Assembly: GCA_964016885.1 (NCBI GenBank)
Contig: OZ024740.1
Coordinates: 378,014,001 to 378,078,000 of the forward strand
DNA length: 64,000 nt
DNA from: Eledone cirrhosa
Taxonomy: Eukaryota
Reading direction: 5' to 3'
Shown here: positions 13,195 to 31,620 of the stretch, piece by piece
Numbering within the stretch: the stretch's first letter is position 1
How the letters are laid out: every line of letters starts with the position of its first letter
Made by a program: the position numbers and the translations under genes
The notes under the pieces: model-generated
Told to the model about the DNA's origin: nothing
The model's input: the letters and a program-made list of their open reading frames with translations, nothing else
Databases searched by the model: none

Positions 13195-13812
13195 TGCTAC
13201 GTTGGTATGGTCACGTGATGCGCATGAAAGACGACAACTGTATAGCAAAGTGCAGGGCAATAAAGATAGATGGTAGCCACGGAGTAGGCAGAGCCAGAAA
13301 AACCTGGGACAAGCTGATAAATTCCGACCTCACACACTTACACCTCTCCAAGACAATGTCACTGGACCGAGACCTTTGGCGGTACTCAGTAATAGAGAAG
13401 AACCGCCTTACCTAAATACAAAGTAAAACCTACTACAGTCAGTAGGCATCTCTAACAAAATACACCCCGTCCCACCACCCCCACCCCATCCACACCGCCC
13501 CTTTCAATGTAAAGTTATGTTGGTGCCACAACATCCAGGCCGAAACAAATGAGATCGTGTAGGTGTCACGACAAAAAAAAAACACACAGTCCTAACTGTA
13601 AATGTGGCCGTGTAGGCAACACGGTAAAAACCTCCCAGCCCCACACTGTAAATGTGGTTGGTGTTAGGAAGGGCATCTAGCTGTAGAAAACCCGCCAGAC
13701 AGTCCTATGCGAGCAAGACAACCACTCTTGCCTCAAGTGGGAAAACTCCCGTCCAGACCCATGCAAGCGTGGAACATGGACGTTAAACGATGATGATGAT
13801 GATGATGATGAT
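13195..13812 (+). mobile_element. RTE LINE family A 3' fragment with (GAT)n tail
   Basis: [10 protein letters not shown]...RLT stop, 3' UTR and tail; flanked by (TA)n. Confidence 0.94.
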
Positions 13813-13920
13813 ATAATATATATATATATAATATATATATATATATATAATATATATATATATTATATATAATAATATATATTATATATAATAATATATA
13901 TATATATATATAATATATAT

Positions 13921-13952
<32 letters not shown>

Positions 13953-14154
13953 ATATATATATATAATATATATATTTATATATTATATATATATATATAT
14001 AATATATATATATAATATATATATTTATATATTATATATATATATATATTATATATATATATATATTATATATATATATATTATATATATATATATTATA
14101 TATATATATATATATAATATATATATTTATATATATATATATTATATATATATA

Positions 14155-14209
<55 letters not shown>

Positions 14210-14213
14210 ATAT

Positions 14214-14245
<32 letters not shown>

Positions 14246-14347
14246 ATTATATATATATATATATAATATATATATATATTATATATATATATAATATACA
14301 CCCCATATATATATATAATATATATATATATATAATATATATTATAT

Positions 14348-14379
<32 letters not shown>

Positions 14380-14680
14380 ATATATATATAATATATATAG
14401 TAATATCGAAATGGTGTATGTTGGTTAAATTCCTGAAAACTGTAGAGTGCTTATAATATATATATATATAATATATATATATATTATATATATAATATAT
14501 ATATATATATATAATATATATATATATTATATATATATATATATAATATATATATATAATATATATATATATTATATATATATATATTATATATATATAT
14601 ATATAATATATATATATATATAATATATATATATAATATATATATATAATATATATATATAATATATATATATATTATAT

Positions 14681-14712
<32 letters not shown>

Positions 14713-14731
14713 ATATATATATATATTATAT

Positions 14732-14782
<51 letters not shown>

Positions 14783-14899
14783 TATATATAATATATATAT
14801 ATATTATATATATATATATAATATATATATATATATAATATATATATATATATAATATATATATATAATATATATATATAATATATATATATATTATAT

Positions 14900-14931
<32 letters not shown>

Positions 14932-14950
14932 ATATATATATATATTATAT

Positions 14951-15003
<53 letters not shown>

Positions 15004-15030
15004 TATATATAATATATATATATATTATAT

Positions 15031-15087
<57 letters not shown>

Positions 15088-15104
15088 ATATATATATATA
15101 TATA
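13813..15104. repeat. (TA)n tract with a ~52-bp unique island at 14400-14451
   Basis: Directly visible. Confidence 0.97.
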
Positions 15105-15486
15105 GTATTAGTTATACTATTTATGGTTATGTAAATACAAAACCTTATGCAGTTATAAGTATTTTACACACACCCTAAATAGTGGTAGGCAGTAATGTAT
15201 TACTACCTTATTACCAGTAAGTTAAGTATGTCTTGATTGTACCTCTTAATATAAATGTAATCTCGAAGTGTGTACTGCCACTCTAAATTCTGTAATGAAT
15301 GTTGACCCACAATGTTTGAATATGTATCAATGTTTGAATATGTATCGGTATGTCTCTCGGCTGAAAACGAGGTCATATAACTGTCCATGCATTAATAAAT
15401 TGCTCCGAAGAATCCAAACCTCGGTTTGGAGGAAACAGCTGTAAGCACAATAATGTTTTGAACAGTTCTTTGATTCTTATATTTCA
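15105..15486 (+). mobile_element. Solo PLE pseudo-LTR-like fragment carrying a hammerhead motif
   Basis: Non-coding island in (TA)n ending ~40 nt after a hammerhead motif. Confidence 0.6.
15401..15447 (+). ncRNA. Minimal type I hammerhead ribozyme (CCGAAGA core variant)
   Basis: TGCT-CCGAAGA-A-TCCAAACC/GGTTTGGA-G-GAAA-CAGCTG-TA-AGCA: stems I and II and palindromic stem III all pair. Confidence 0.75.
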
Positions 15487-15685
15487 TATATATATATATA
15501 TATATATAATATATATATATATATATAATATATAAATATTATATATATATATATATATATAATATATATATATATATATAATATATAAATATTATATATA
15601 TATATATATATATAATATATATATATATATAATATATATATATATATATAATATATATATATATATATAATATATATATATATAA

Positions 15686-15733
<48 letters not shown>

Positions 15734-15734
15734 A

Positions 15735-15791
<57 letters not shown>

Positions 15792-15795
15792 ATAA

Positions 15796-15847
<52 letters not shown>

Positions 15848-15868
15848 ATATATATATATATAATATAT
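15487..15868. repeat. (TA)n tract
   Basis: Directly visible. Confidence 0.97.
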
Positions 15869-16240
15869 AGTTATGTAATAAACAACATAAGGCAATTATT
15901 CCATTTACCAGTGGTTCTTAAAAGCAAAATATTTTGCTTTCAATCCTCAGAATGAAAAAATCCTGGTCTGTTTATTGAATTTGGATTTTAAAAACAAAAA
16001 TGCAATCTATATGAAAGTGAGCCTCACTTTCATATAGATTGCATTTTTGTTTTTAAAATCCAAATTCAATAAACAGACCAGGATTTTTTCATTCTGAGGA
16101 TTGAAAGCAAAATCTTTTGCTTTTAAGAAACCACTGGTAAATGGAATAATTGCCTTATGTTGTTTATTACATAACTATTAAGCTCTGTTACCTACATAGA
16201 GCACTCTTTTTTCCTGGACTTTCCCGACGGAATTACTTCA
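15869..16240. mobile_element. Fold-back non-coding element (palindrome with ~153-bp arms centred at ~16022), probably PLE-derived
   Basis: 15869-16021 is the near-perfect reverse complement of 16023-16177; each arm holds an outward-facing hammerhead. Confidence 0.8.
16088..16146 (+). ncRNA. Type I hammerhead ribozyme (mirror copy on minus at 15901-15955 has GAA instead of GAAA)
   Basis: CATT-CTGAGGA-TTGAAAGCAAAA/TTTTGCTTTTAA-GAAA-CCACTGG-TA-AATG. Confidence 0.85.
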
Positions 16241-16267
16241 TATATAATATATTATATATATATATTA

Positions 16268-16537
16268 TATCATCATCATCAACGTTTAACGTCCGTGTTC
16301 CACGCTTGCATGGGTTTGGACGGGGGTAGTCCCACTTGAGGCAAGAGTGATTGTCTTGCTCGCATAGGACTGTCTGGCAGGTTTTCTACAGTTGAATGCC
16401 CTTCCTAACACCAACCACATTTACAGTGTGGGTCTGGGAGGTTTTTACCGTGTTGCCTACACGGCCACATTACAGCGTGGACTGTGTGTTTTTTTTGTCG
16501 TGACACCTACACGATCTTATTTAGGTGTCACGACAAA
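16268..16537 (-). mobile_element. RTE family A 3' UTR fragment with snap-back 5' end
   Basis: (CAT)n then a match to 21289-21540; terminal hairpin 16494-16537. Confidence 0.88.
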
Positions 16538-16578
16538 TATATATATATATATATATAATAAATATATATATATATAAT

Positions 16579-16628
<50 letters not shown>

Positions 16629-16819
16629 GGTTTGAGGTTCACCACTGTATAGAGCTGGTTTATTCCGTATGGTTAATCGTAATGCAATAATATAGAGAGT
16701 ACTCAACGTAAAGCAGTTCAACCGTCTTTGTTTTTGTAGTTGGTGGTGCTATTACGGAGTTAAATATTATAATGAAATGACAGGAGGCTGGATTTGTGTA
16801 AATCCTTGAAAGGTTTATT

Positions 16820-16877
16820 ATACTATGATCATTTCAATGACCGGGTTCCGTATGAATCCGGTGATATCATCAGGTAT
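16820..16877 (-). ncRNA. Type I hammerhead ribozyme (left arm)
   Basis: Reverse complement of 18231-18288. Confidence 0.83.
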
Positions 16878-18230
16878 TCGAAATATAATACGTGAATGTA
16901 ATAGATAAAATCCATGGGGCTGAAAATCGAGGACCCGAGGGCGACCGCTATTCTGTTCCTTCAACCTCAGCCGGTCGCCCTGGAGTGACGTGGCTAAAGT
17001 TTATAGTATGCTACTACCGGTCAGATAAACGAAAACAGAAAGGGATGGGAACATAAGTTAGCGTCGATCTCATGAGACAAGGTAAAAGAAAGAAAGAAAG
17101 GAAGGAGAGAGAAGAAGGGGGAAGAAAGAAGAAGAGAAGCCAGGGTTAATGTCAGCTAAAAGAAGAAAGGCAACTATTACCGGTCAGATATAGGCAAGCA
17201 AGAGGGGGAAGGAAGATAAGTCTGCGGGAGGAAGACAGGAAGAGGGGAGAAGAGAAGGAAGAGAAGAGAGAAGTAGAAAAGTAAGGGTTGATGGCTACAA
17301 GAAGGAAGATAGAAAGAAAGAGGAAGAAAGGTCGATATTAATGTCAGACCACAGTCAAGCCAGGAGTGGCGCGAGAAAATGTTCACAGGGACCTGCATCT
17401 TAGCAGAGGTGAATATATTGGGAGTCAGTGTGTTACAGTGTTTAGACTTCTAGGATGAAGTTAAAAAAATTAATAATCAATATTCAATATTAAAGAGGTT
17501 AAAAAATTTAAAGTTCAACAGTTTAACATTTTATGTACCTTTAAATTACAGAACAAATCGGAACTATTATATAATAAAATGTTAAACTGTTGAACTTTAA
17601 ATTTTCTAACCTCTTTAATATTGAATATTGATTATTAATTTTTTTAACTTCATCCTAGAAGTCTAAACACTGTAACACACTGACTCCCAATATATTCACC
17701 TCTGCTAAGATGCGGGTCCCTGTGAACATTTTCTCGCGCCACTCCTGGCTTGACTGTGGTCTGACATTAATATCGACCTTTCTTCCTCTTTCTTTCTATC
17801 TTCCTTCTTGTAGCCATCAACCCTTACTTTTCTACTTCTCTCTTCTCTTCCTTCTCTTCTCCCCTCTTCCTGTCTTCCTCCCGCAGACTTATCTTCCTTC
17901 CCCCTCTTGCTTGCCTATATCTGACCGGTAGTAGTTGCCTTTCTTCTTTTAGCTGACATTAACCCTGGCTTCTCTTCTTCTTTCTTCCCCCTTCTTCTCT
18001 CTCCTTCCTTTCTTTCTTTCTTTTACCTTGTGTCAGGAGATCGACGCTAACTTATGTTCCCATCCCTTTCTGTTTTCGTTTATCTGACCGGTAGTAGCAT
18101 ACTATAAACTTTAGCCACGTCACTCCAGGGCGACCGGCTGAGGTTGAAGGAACAGAATAGCGGTCGCACTCGGGTCCTCGATTTTCAGCCCCATGGATTT
18201 TATCTATTACATTCACGTATTATATTTCGA

Positions 18231-18288
18231 ATACCTGATGATATCACCGGATTCATACGGAACCCGGTCATTGAAATGATCATAGTAT
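18231..18288 (+). ncRNA. Type I hammerhead ribozyme (right arm)
   Basis: ATAC-CTGATGA-stem II (ACCGG..CCGGT)-GAAA-TGATCA-TA-GTAT; AATAAA immediately downstream. Confidence 0.85.
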
Positions 18289-18340
18289 AATAAACCTTTC
18301 AAGGATTTACACAAGTCCAGCCTCCTGTCATTTCATTATA

Positions 18341-20207
<1,867 letters not shown>

Positions 20208-20570
20208 TGTCAACTCTGGATGTCGGTGAGCATGTCCAGCCAACCTCAGTCTCCTCTGTGTCACTTTTGAGCTGACTTTTGGGATGCTCCCATACAGCTC
20301 TGAGTTTTTCATCCTCAGTGTATACTGATTAATCTTCAGAGCCATCCTCAGCATTCTCGTGTAGCACCCATCCACCATCTGAGTGAGTCTCTTGGTCAGT
20401 GTCCCTACATGGACTCACTAGAAGAGGAAGACCAAGGTTAACATATGTTGATGCCCTAAGGACAGACACTGGTCTTTTGGAGATGCAGGATATGGCAGCG
20501 ATAATGAGGGACAGAGACCGCTGGAGAGAACTCGTCCATGGATCTCGGGAATTTTACCCGCCTTAGATAG

Positions 20571-20572
<2 letters not shown>
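20208..20572 (+). mobile_element. 3' fragment of a further non-LTR retrotransposon family (RTE-group-like) with 5' inversion and (TAGA)n tail
   Basis: Minus 20208-20403 reads DGCYTRMLRMAL...RRLRLAGH; plus 20404-20566 reads [18 protein letters not shown]...DRDRWR; second copy at 56382-56522. Confidence 0.8.
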
Positions 20573-20616
<44 letters not shown>

Positions 20617-20639
20617 ATAATATATATAATATATATAAT

Positions 20640-20682
<43 letters not shown>

Positions 20683-20698
20683 TATATATATAATATAT

Positions 20699-20740
<42 letters not shown>

Positions 20741-20865
20741 ATATATATTATATATATATATATATTATATATATATATATATATTATATATATATATATA
20801 TATTATATATATATATATTATATATATATATATATATTATATATATATATATATTATATATATAT

Positions 20866-20908
<43 letters not shown>

Positions 20909-20973
20909 TAATATATATATATATATAATATATATATATATATATTATATATATATATATATTATATATATAT

Positions 20974-21007
<34 letters not shown>

Positions 21008-21035
21008 ATATATATAATATATATATATATATATA

Positions 21036-21067
<32 letters not shown>

Positions 21068-21073
21068 ATATAT

Positions 21074-21134
<61 letters not shown>

Positions 21135-21169
21135 TATATATATAATATATATATATATATATAATATAT

Positions 21170-21214
<45 letters not shown>

Positions 21215-21238
21215 TATATATAATATATATAATATATA

Positions 21239-21270
<32 letters not shown>

Positions 21271-21288
21271 ATATATATATATATATAA
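20573..21288. repeat. (TA)n tract
   Basis: Directly visible. Confidence 0.97.
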
Positions 21289-25471
<4,183 letters not shown>

Positions 25472-25669
25472 GGGGGGTGGCCACATGATGGCTGTGTGTG
25501 TTAGGCGTTTGACCGCCCCGTGCCTTCGAAGAAGGAAGAAGGAAAGGATTTTGTTTTTTTTGTTTTGAAGATACGCTAGAATTAGGGATTGAGGTTTGAA
25601 AATACGTTAGGAATTAAGGTTTGAAAATAGCTAGCAAGAAGGTAATGATTGAATGGGGTCCTTGCATTT

Positions 25670-26796
<1,127 letters not shown>

Positions 26797-26988
26797 TAAA
26801 TCTACCAAAAGTTTACGGTAGTGTCCAATCCGTATGAAGAACTCAATGTAATCCGGATATCATGGAAAGAAGAGATGCATTCAAAAATCACTTTCGGTGA
26901 AAGATAAACGGAATACAGAGTCAAGATAAAATATTAAAAAAATAATGAATAAAACAAAGAAACAGTTCCTTATATTAAACAAAAAAAG

Positions 26989-27131
26989 TTCATTATTTTA
27001 CGATCGTTTCTAGGACATATATGTGTTAGAATTGGCATGCATATTCAAAAGATCTATGTACAAAATTATACAAACTATCAAGGAAAATATACATACCATC
27101 ACATATATATACTGTCTTCAGAAATAATGAA
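26989..27131 (-). ncRNA. Hammerhead ribozyme with expanded stem II
   Basis: TTCATTATTT-CTGAAGA-[~104 nt closed by AGTATATATATGTG/CACATATATGTCCT]-GAAA-CGATCG-TA-AAATAATGAA; perfect 10-bp stem I. Confidence 0.78.
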
Positions 27132-27511
27132 GTATATTTATTGATAACAACAACAATTCAAAATTACAGGTCTGTTTGGGAACAGATTTTAAATAGACCA
27201 ATGAAATACATAAAAATTCATCAAGAAAATACAGTTAGGTGTGTGTATATATGTAAGTAAATTCGTTCACAGATATGCATAAAAATGTATGTTCACATGC
27301 ATACGCATGTCGAAAAAGTGTATGTAAATATAAAAATTTAGGGCTAATGTATCTGTATGTTTATAATCTACAGACAAAATATACATACATATACATATAT
27401 ATATACATACATATATACACACATATAGAATAAATTAGAAACAACACTTCTGAGAATCTACGGTCAAAGGGAAATAACCCATGTCTCTCTCTCTCTCTCA
27501 CTGTCTGTCTG

Positions 27512-28604
27512 TCTAGAGAATAAATTCCAAACCTGGAAGCAGGGACTAGAGAGAAAGGGCCTCAAAGTCAACATGACAAAGATTAAGGTCCTTGTAAGTA
27601 GACGAGAAAACAGAACCCAGATCCCCTCAGGGAAATGGCCTTGCTCAGTATGTAGGAAAGGTGTAGGTAGGAACTCCATTCTCTGCCCCAAATGCAAACA
27701 ATGGGTACACAAGAGATGTAGCGGGATCTCAGGAAGCTTAATTAAGAATGTAGGATTCACATGCAGCAGCTGTGCTGAAACAGCAAGCAAACAGCCACAG
27801 GAAACAAGTACCACCAATCTCTGGGAGGGCCCTGTAGAAACAGTAGACAGCTTCTGCTACCTAGGTGACCGAATTAGCAACGGAGGTGGGTGTTCAGAAA
27901 GTACAATAACTAGGGTAAGAACGGGATGGAAGAAGTTTAGGGAACTACTACCACTGCTAGCTGCAAAAGGCTTCTCCCTCAGAATGAAAGGCAGACTGTA
28001 TGATGCGTGTATCCGAACAGCGATGTTGTATGGTAGTGAGACCTGAGCGCTGAAGGTGGAAGACTTACGTAGATTCGTAGATTAGAGAGAAACGAAGCCT
28101 GCATGCTCCGATGGATGTGTAACAGTAATATACGTGAACGACAAAGCATAAATGAATTGAGAGAGAGACTGAGCATAAGAGGAATCAAATGCTGTGTACA
28201 GGAGAGGCGGTTGCGCTGGTATGGACATGTGATGCGTATGAAGGATGACAGCTGCATAAAAAGGTGCAGAGCACTAGAAGTTGATGGAAACCGCGGAGTG
28301 GAGAGACCCAAGATGACCTGGGATGAGGTGATAAAAGCCGACCTTACCCAATTACACCTCTCAAAGACAATGACACACGACCGTGACTTCTGGCGTCACG
28401 CAGTAATACAGGGTACCCGACCTCCCAAGGGTACATGCTGAAGCATATAAACAATATGCCCCCACTCCCCCCACCGCAAGGTGGTCGTGGAGGTGCCACG
28501 GCAAAAAAGCACCCAGCCCACACTGTAAAGTGGACGTGTAGGCGCCACGAAAAAGCACCCAGCACTCACTGTAAATGAGGTTGGTGTTAGGAAGGGCATC
28601 CAGC
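27512..28604 (+). mobile_element. RTE LINE family B fragment lacking its tail
   Basis: ORFs 27573-28046 and 28103-28441; TGA stop at 28044-28046. Confidence 0.93.
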
Positions 28605-30420
28605 AAGGTGGCACCTCCACGACCACCTTGCGGGGGGGGCATATTGTTTATATGCTTCAGCATGTACCCATGGGAGGTCGGGTACCCTGTATTACTGCGT
28701 GACGCCAGAGGTCACGGTCGTGTGTCATTGACTTTGAGAGGTGTAGTTGGGTAAAGTCGGCTTTTATCACCTCATCCCAAGTCATCTTGGGTCTCCCCAC
28801 TCCGCGGTTTCCATCAACTTCTAGTGCTCTGCACCTTTTTATGCAGCTGTCATCCTTCATACGCATCACATGTCCATACCAGCGTAACCGCCTCTCCTGC
28901 ACGCAGCATTTGATTCCTCTTATGCTCAGTCTCTCTCTCAATTCATTTATGCTTTGTCGTTCACGTATATTGCTGTTACACATCCATCGGAGCATGCAGG
29001 CTTCGTTTCTCTCTAATCTACGTAAGTCTTCCACCTTCAGCGCCCAGGTCTCACTACCATGCAACATCGCTGTTCGGATACACGCATCATACAGTCTGCC
29101 TTTCATTCTGAGGGAGAAGCCTTTTGCAGCTAGCAGTGGTAGTAGTTCCCTAAACTTCTTCCATCCCGTTCTTACCCTAGTTATTGTACTTTCTGAGCAC
29201 CCACCTCCGTTGCTAATTCGGTCACCTAGGTAGCAGAAGCTGTCTACTGTTTCTACAGGGCCCTCCCAGAGATTGGTGGTACTTGTTTCCTGTGGCTGTT
29301 TGCTTGCTGTTTCAGCACAGCTGCTGCATGTGAATCCTACATTCTTAATTAAGCTTCCTGAGATCCCGCTACATCTCTTGTGTACCCATTGTTTGCATTT
29401 GGGGCAAAGAATGGAGTTCCTACCTACACCTTTCCTACATACTGAGCAAGGCCATTACCCTGAGGGGATCTGGGTTCTGTTTTCTCGTCTACTTATAAGG
29501 ACCTTAGTCTTTGTCATGTTGACTTTGAGGCCCTTTCTCTCTAGTCCCTGCTTCCAGGTTTGGAATTTATTCTCTAGTTCTACCATAGATTCAGCTATGA
29601 GTGCGAGGTCATCAGCATACAGGAGTTCCCATGGGCATCCGGTCTTAAACTCCTCCGTTATTGCCTGCAGGACTATGATGAACAGGAGAGGGCTAAGAAC
29701 AGAGCCCTGGTGGACCCCAACCTGTACGCTAAATTCCTCGCTATACTCATTGCCAATCCTAACTTTGCTGACTGCTCCCCTATACATGGCTTGTACCGCT
29801 TTCACAAGCCATTCATCTACTCCTAGTTTTCTAAGAGCCCACCAGATTACTGCACGTGGAACTCTGTCAAAGGCTTTCTCAAGGTCGACAAATGGCAAGT
29901 AGAGTGGCTTACTTTTAGCTAGGTACTTTTCCTGTAATTGCCTCACAAGGAAGAGCGCATCAGTGGTGCCTTTCCCTGGTACAAACCCAAATTGCATCTC
30001 GTCTATATTCACCCGGTCCCTAATCAGCTGTGCTATAACTCTTTCTGTTACTTTCATGACCTGGTCCATCAACTTTATACCTCTATAGTTTCCTCTATCT
30101 AGTGCATCGCCTTTACCTTTGTAGCAGTTGACAATGATGCTACTGCACCAATCTTTTGGTATGGCCCCCTCTAGTATTACCTGGTTAACGATACGTGTGG
30201 TTATAGTGTGACCTACAGACCCAGATGCCTTCAGCATCTCGGCAGCTATACCCGATGGACCGGTTGCCTTCCCTATCTTCATATCTCTGATTGCCTTACT
30301 TACTACGCTGCCGCTGACTTGTACTGCTGGTCCCTCTATAGGGTCTACTTGGGGTAGGGTCTCTTCTTCCCATGCATTCTCCTCATTTAGTAATCTATCA
30401 TAATGACTCTTCCATGCATC
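28605..30420 (-). mobile_element. RTE LINE family B, 5'-truncated, fused tail-to-tail with the previous copy
   Basis: ORFs 29455-30534 (RT, YADD) and 28657-29106. Confidence 0.93.
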
Positions 30421-30734
30421 ATATATATATATATATACACTCATACACACATATTTACATGCGCACATATGTATTTTTATACTCACATACAAACACACAA
30501 ACATACATACACACTTACATACACATACATACATCCACGCTTACAAATACGAATAATTATTGGGGGGAGGGGGATTAAAATTATTAGTGGGAAATAGTAA
30601 ATATAGGTTTCAAGGAACATAGAATATTAATCTGCAGTTAAATCATAATATGTGTTTACATAGTAGTGTTAGTATTAGGAAATGGTATTTGTAAGAAAGA
30701 AGGCTAAATTATGTATTTTAATATAAGTAGACTA

Positions 30735-31620
30735 TTAATTATAGGTTAATTAAAGTAAAAATAGTTAATATATTAATTTCTAAGGTGTATACTACTTAGG
30801 TTTATAATATTTAAAGCGGAATTTTGAAGTTAAACAGTAGTAGAGTATTAATTATAGCATAACTAAATTAAAAATATTAACATGATGGTATCAATTTTAG
30901 GAAATGAATTTTGTAATAGGGAAAGCCAAATTAAGTATTTCATCGGTAGTAGAATATTAATTATAGGTTAACTAAATTAAAAATTATATATTAATTTCTA
31001 TAGTATATGTTAATTAGGTTTATAATAATTAAAGCAAAATTTTGTATTTTATCTATAGTAGAATATAATTATAGGTTAACTAAATTAAAATTAATCTATA
31101 TATTTATTTGTAAAGAATATATTAATTAGGTATATATTTAAAAGTTTTTCTCAGTTTATGATTACACGATATTCTGCAATCCATCTGTATTAGAATTTTA
31201 ATTTTAAGCTAACTAAATTAAAATTATAGGTTAACTAAATTAAAATTAATTTATAAATTAATTTCTAAATTGTATATTAATTAGGTTTATAATATTAAAA
31301 AGTATTTCTGTTATTAATTACACGATATTTTGTTATATTTCATCTGTAAAGGAATTTTAATAAAAGGTTAAATAAACTAAAATTAATCTATATATTAATT
31401 TCCAAAGTATATATTAATTATGTTAATAATATTTAAAAGTTTTTCACAGTTTATGATTATACGATATTTTTTAATTTCATCTGTAGTAGAATTTTAATTA
31501 AATTAAAATTATAGGTTAACTACATTTAAATTAATTTATATATTAATTTCTAAAATATATATTATTAATTAGGTTTATAATATTTAAATGTTTTTCTCAG
31601 TTTATGATTACACGATATAA
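30735..31620. repeat. Degenerate AT-rich tandem repeat (~110-155-bp period) in the PLE 3' UTR
   Basis: Recurring TTATAGGTTAACTAAATTAAAA and TTTTCTCAGTTTATGATTACACGATAT motifs. Confidence 0.8.

Larger units (their letters stand above)
16627..18340. mobile_element. Large fold-back element: ~770-bp inverted arms (16767-17533 / 17572-18340) with ~38-bp spacer, probably PLE-derived
   Basis: Arms nearly identical (mirror ORFs 17177-17398 and 17710-17931); outward-facing hammerhead in each arm; flanked by (TA)n. Confidence 0.85.

Noticed and set aside
17177-17931. Mirror 73-aa hydrophobic ORFs
   Set aside because: Products of a CT-rich tract duplicated by the inverted repeat; no domain evident
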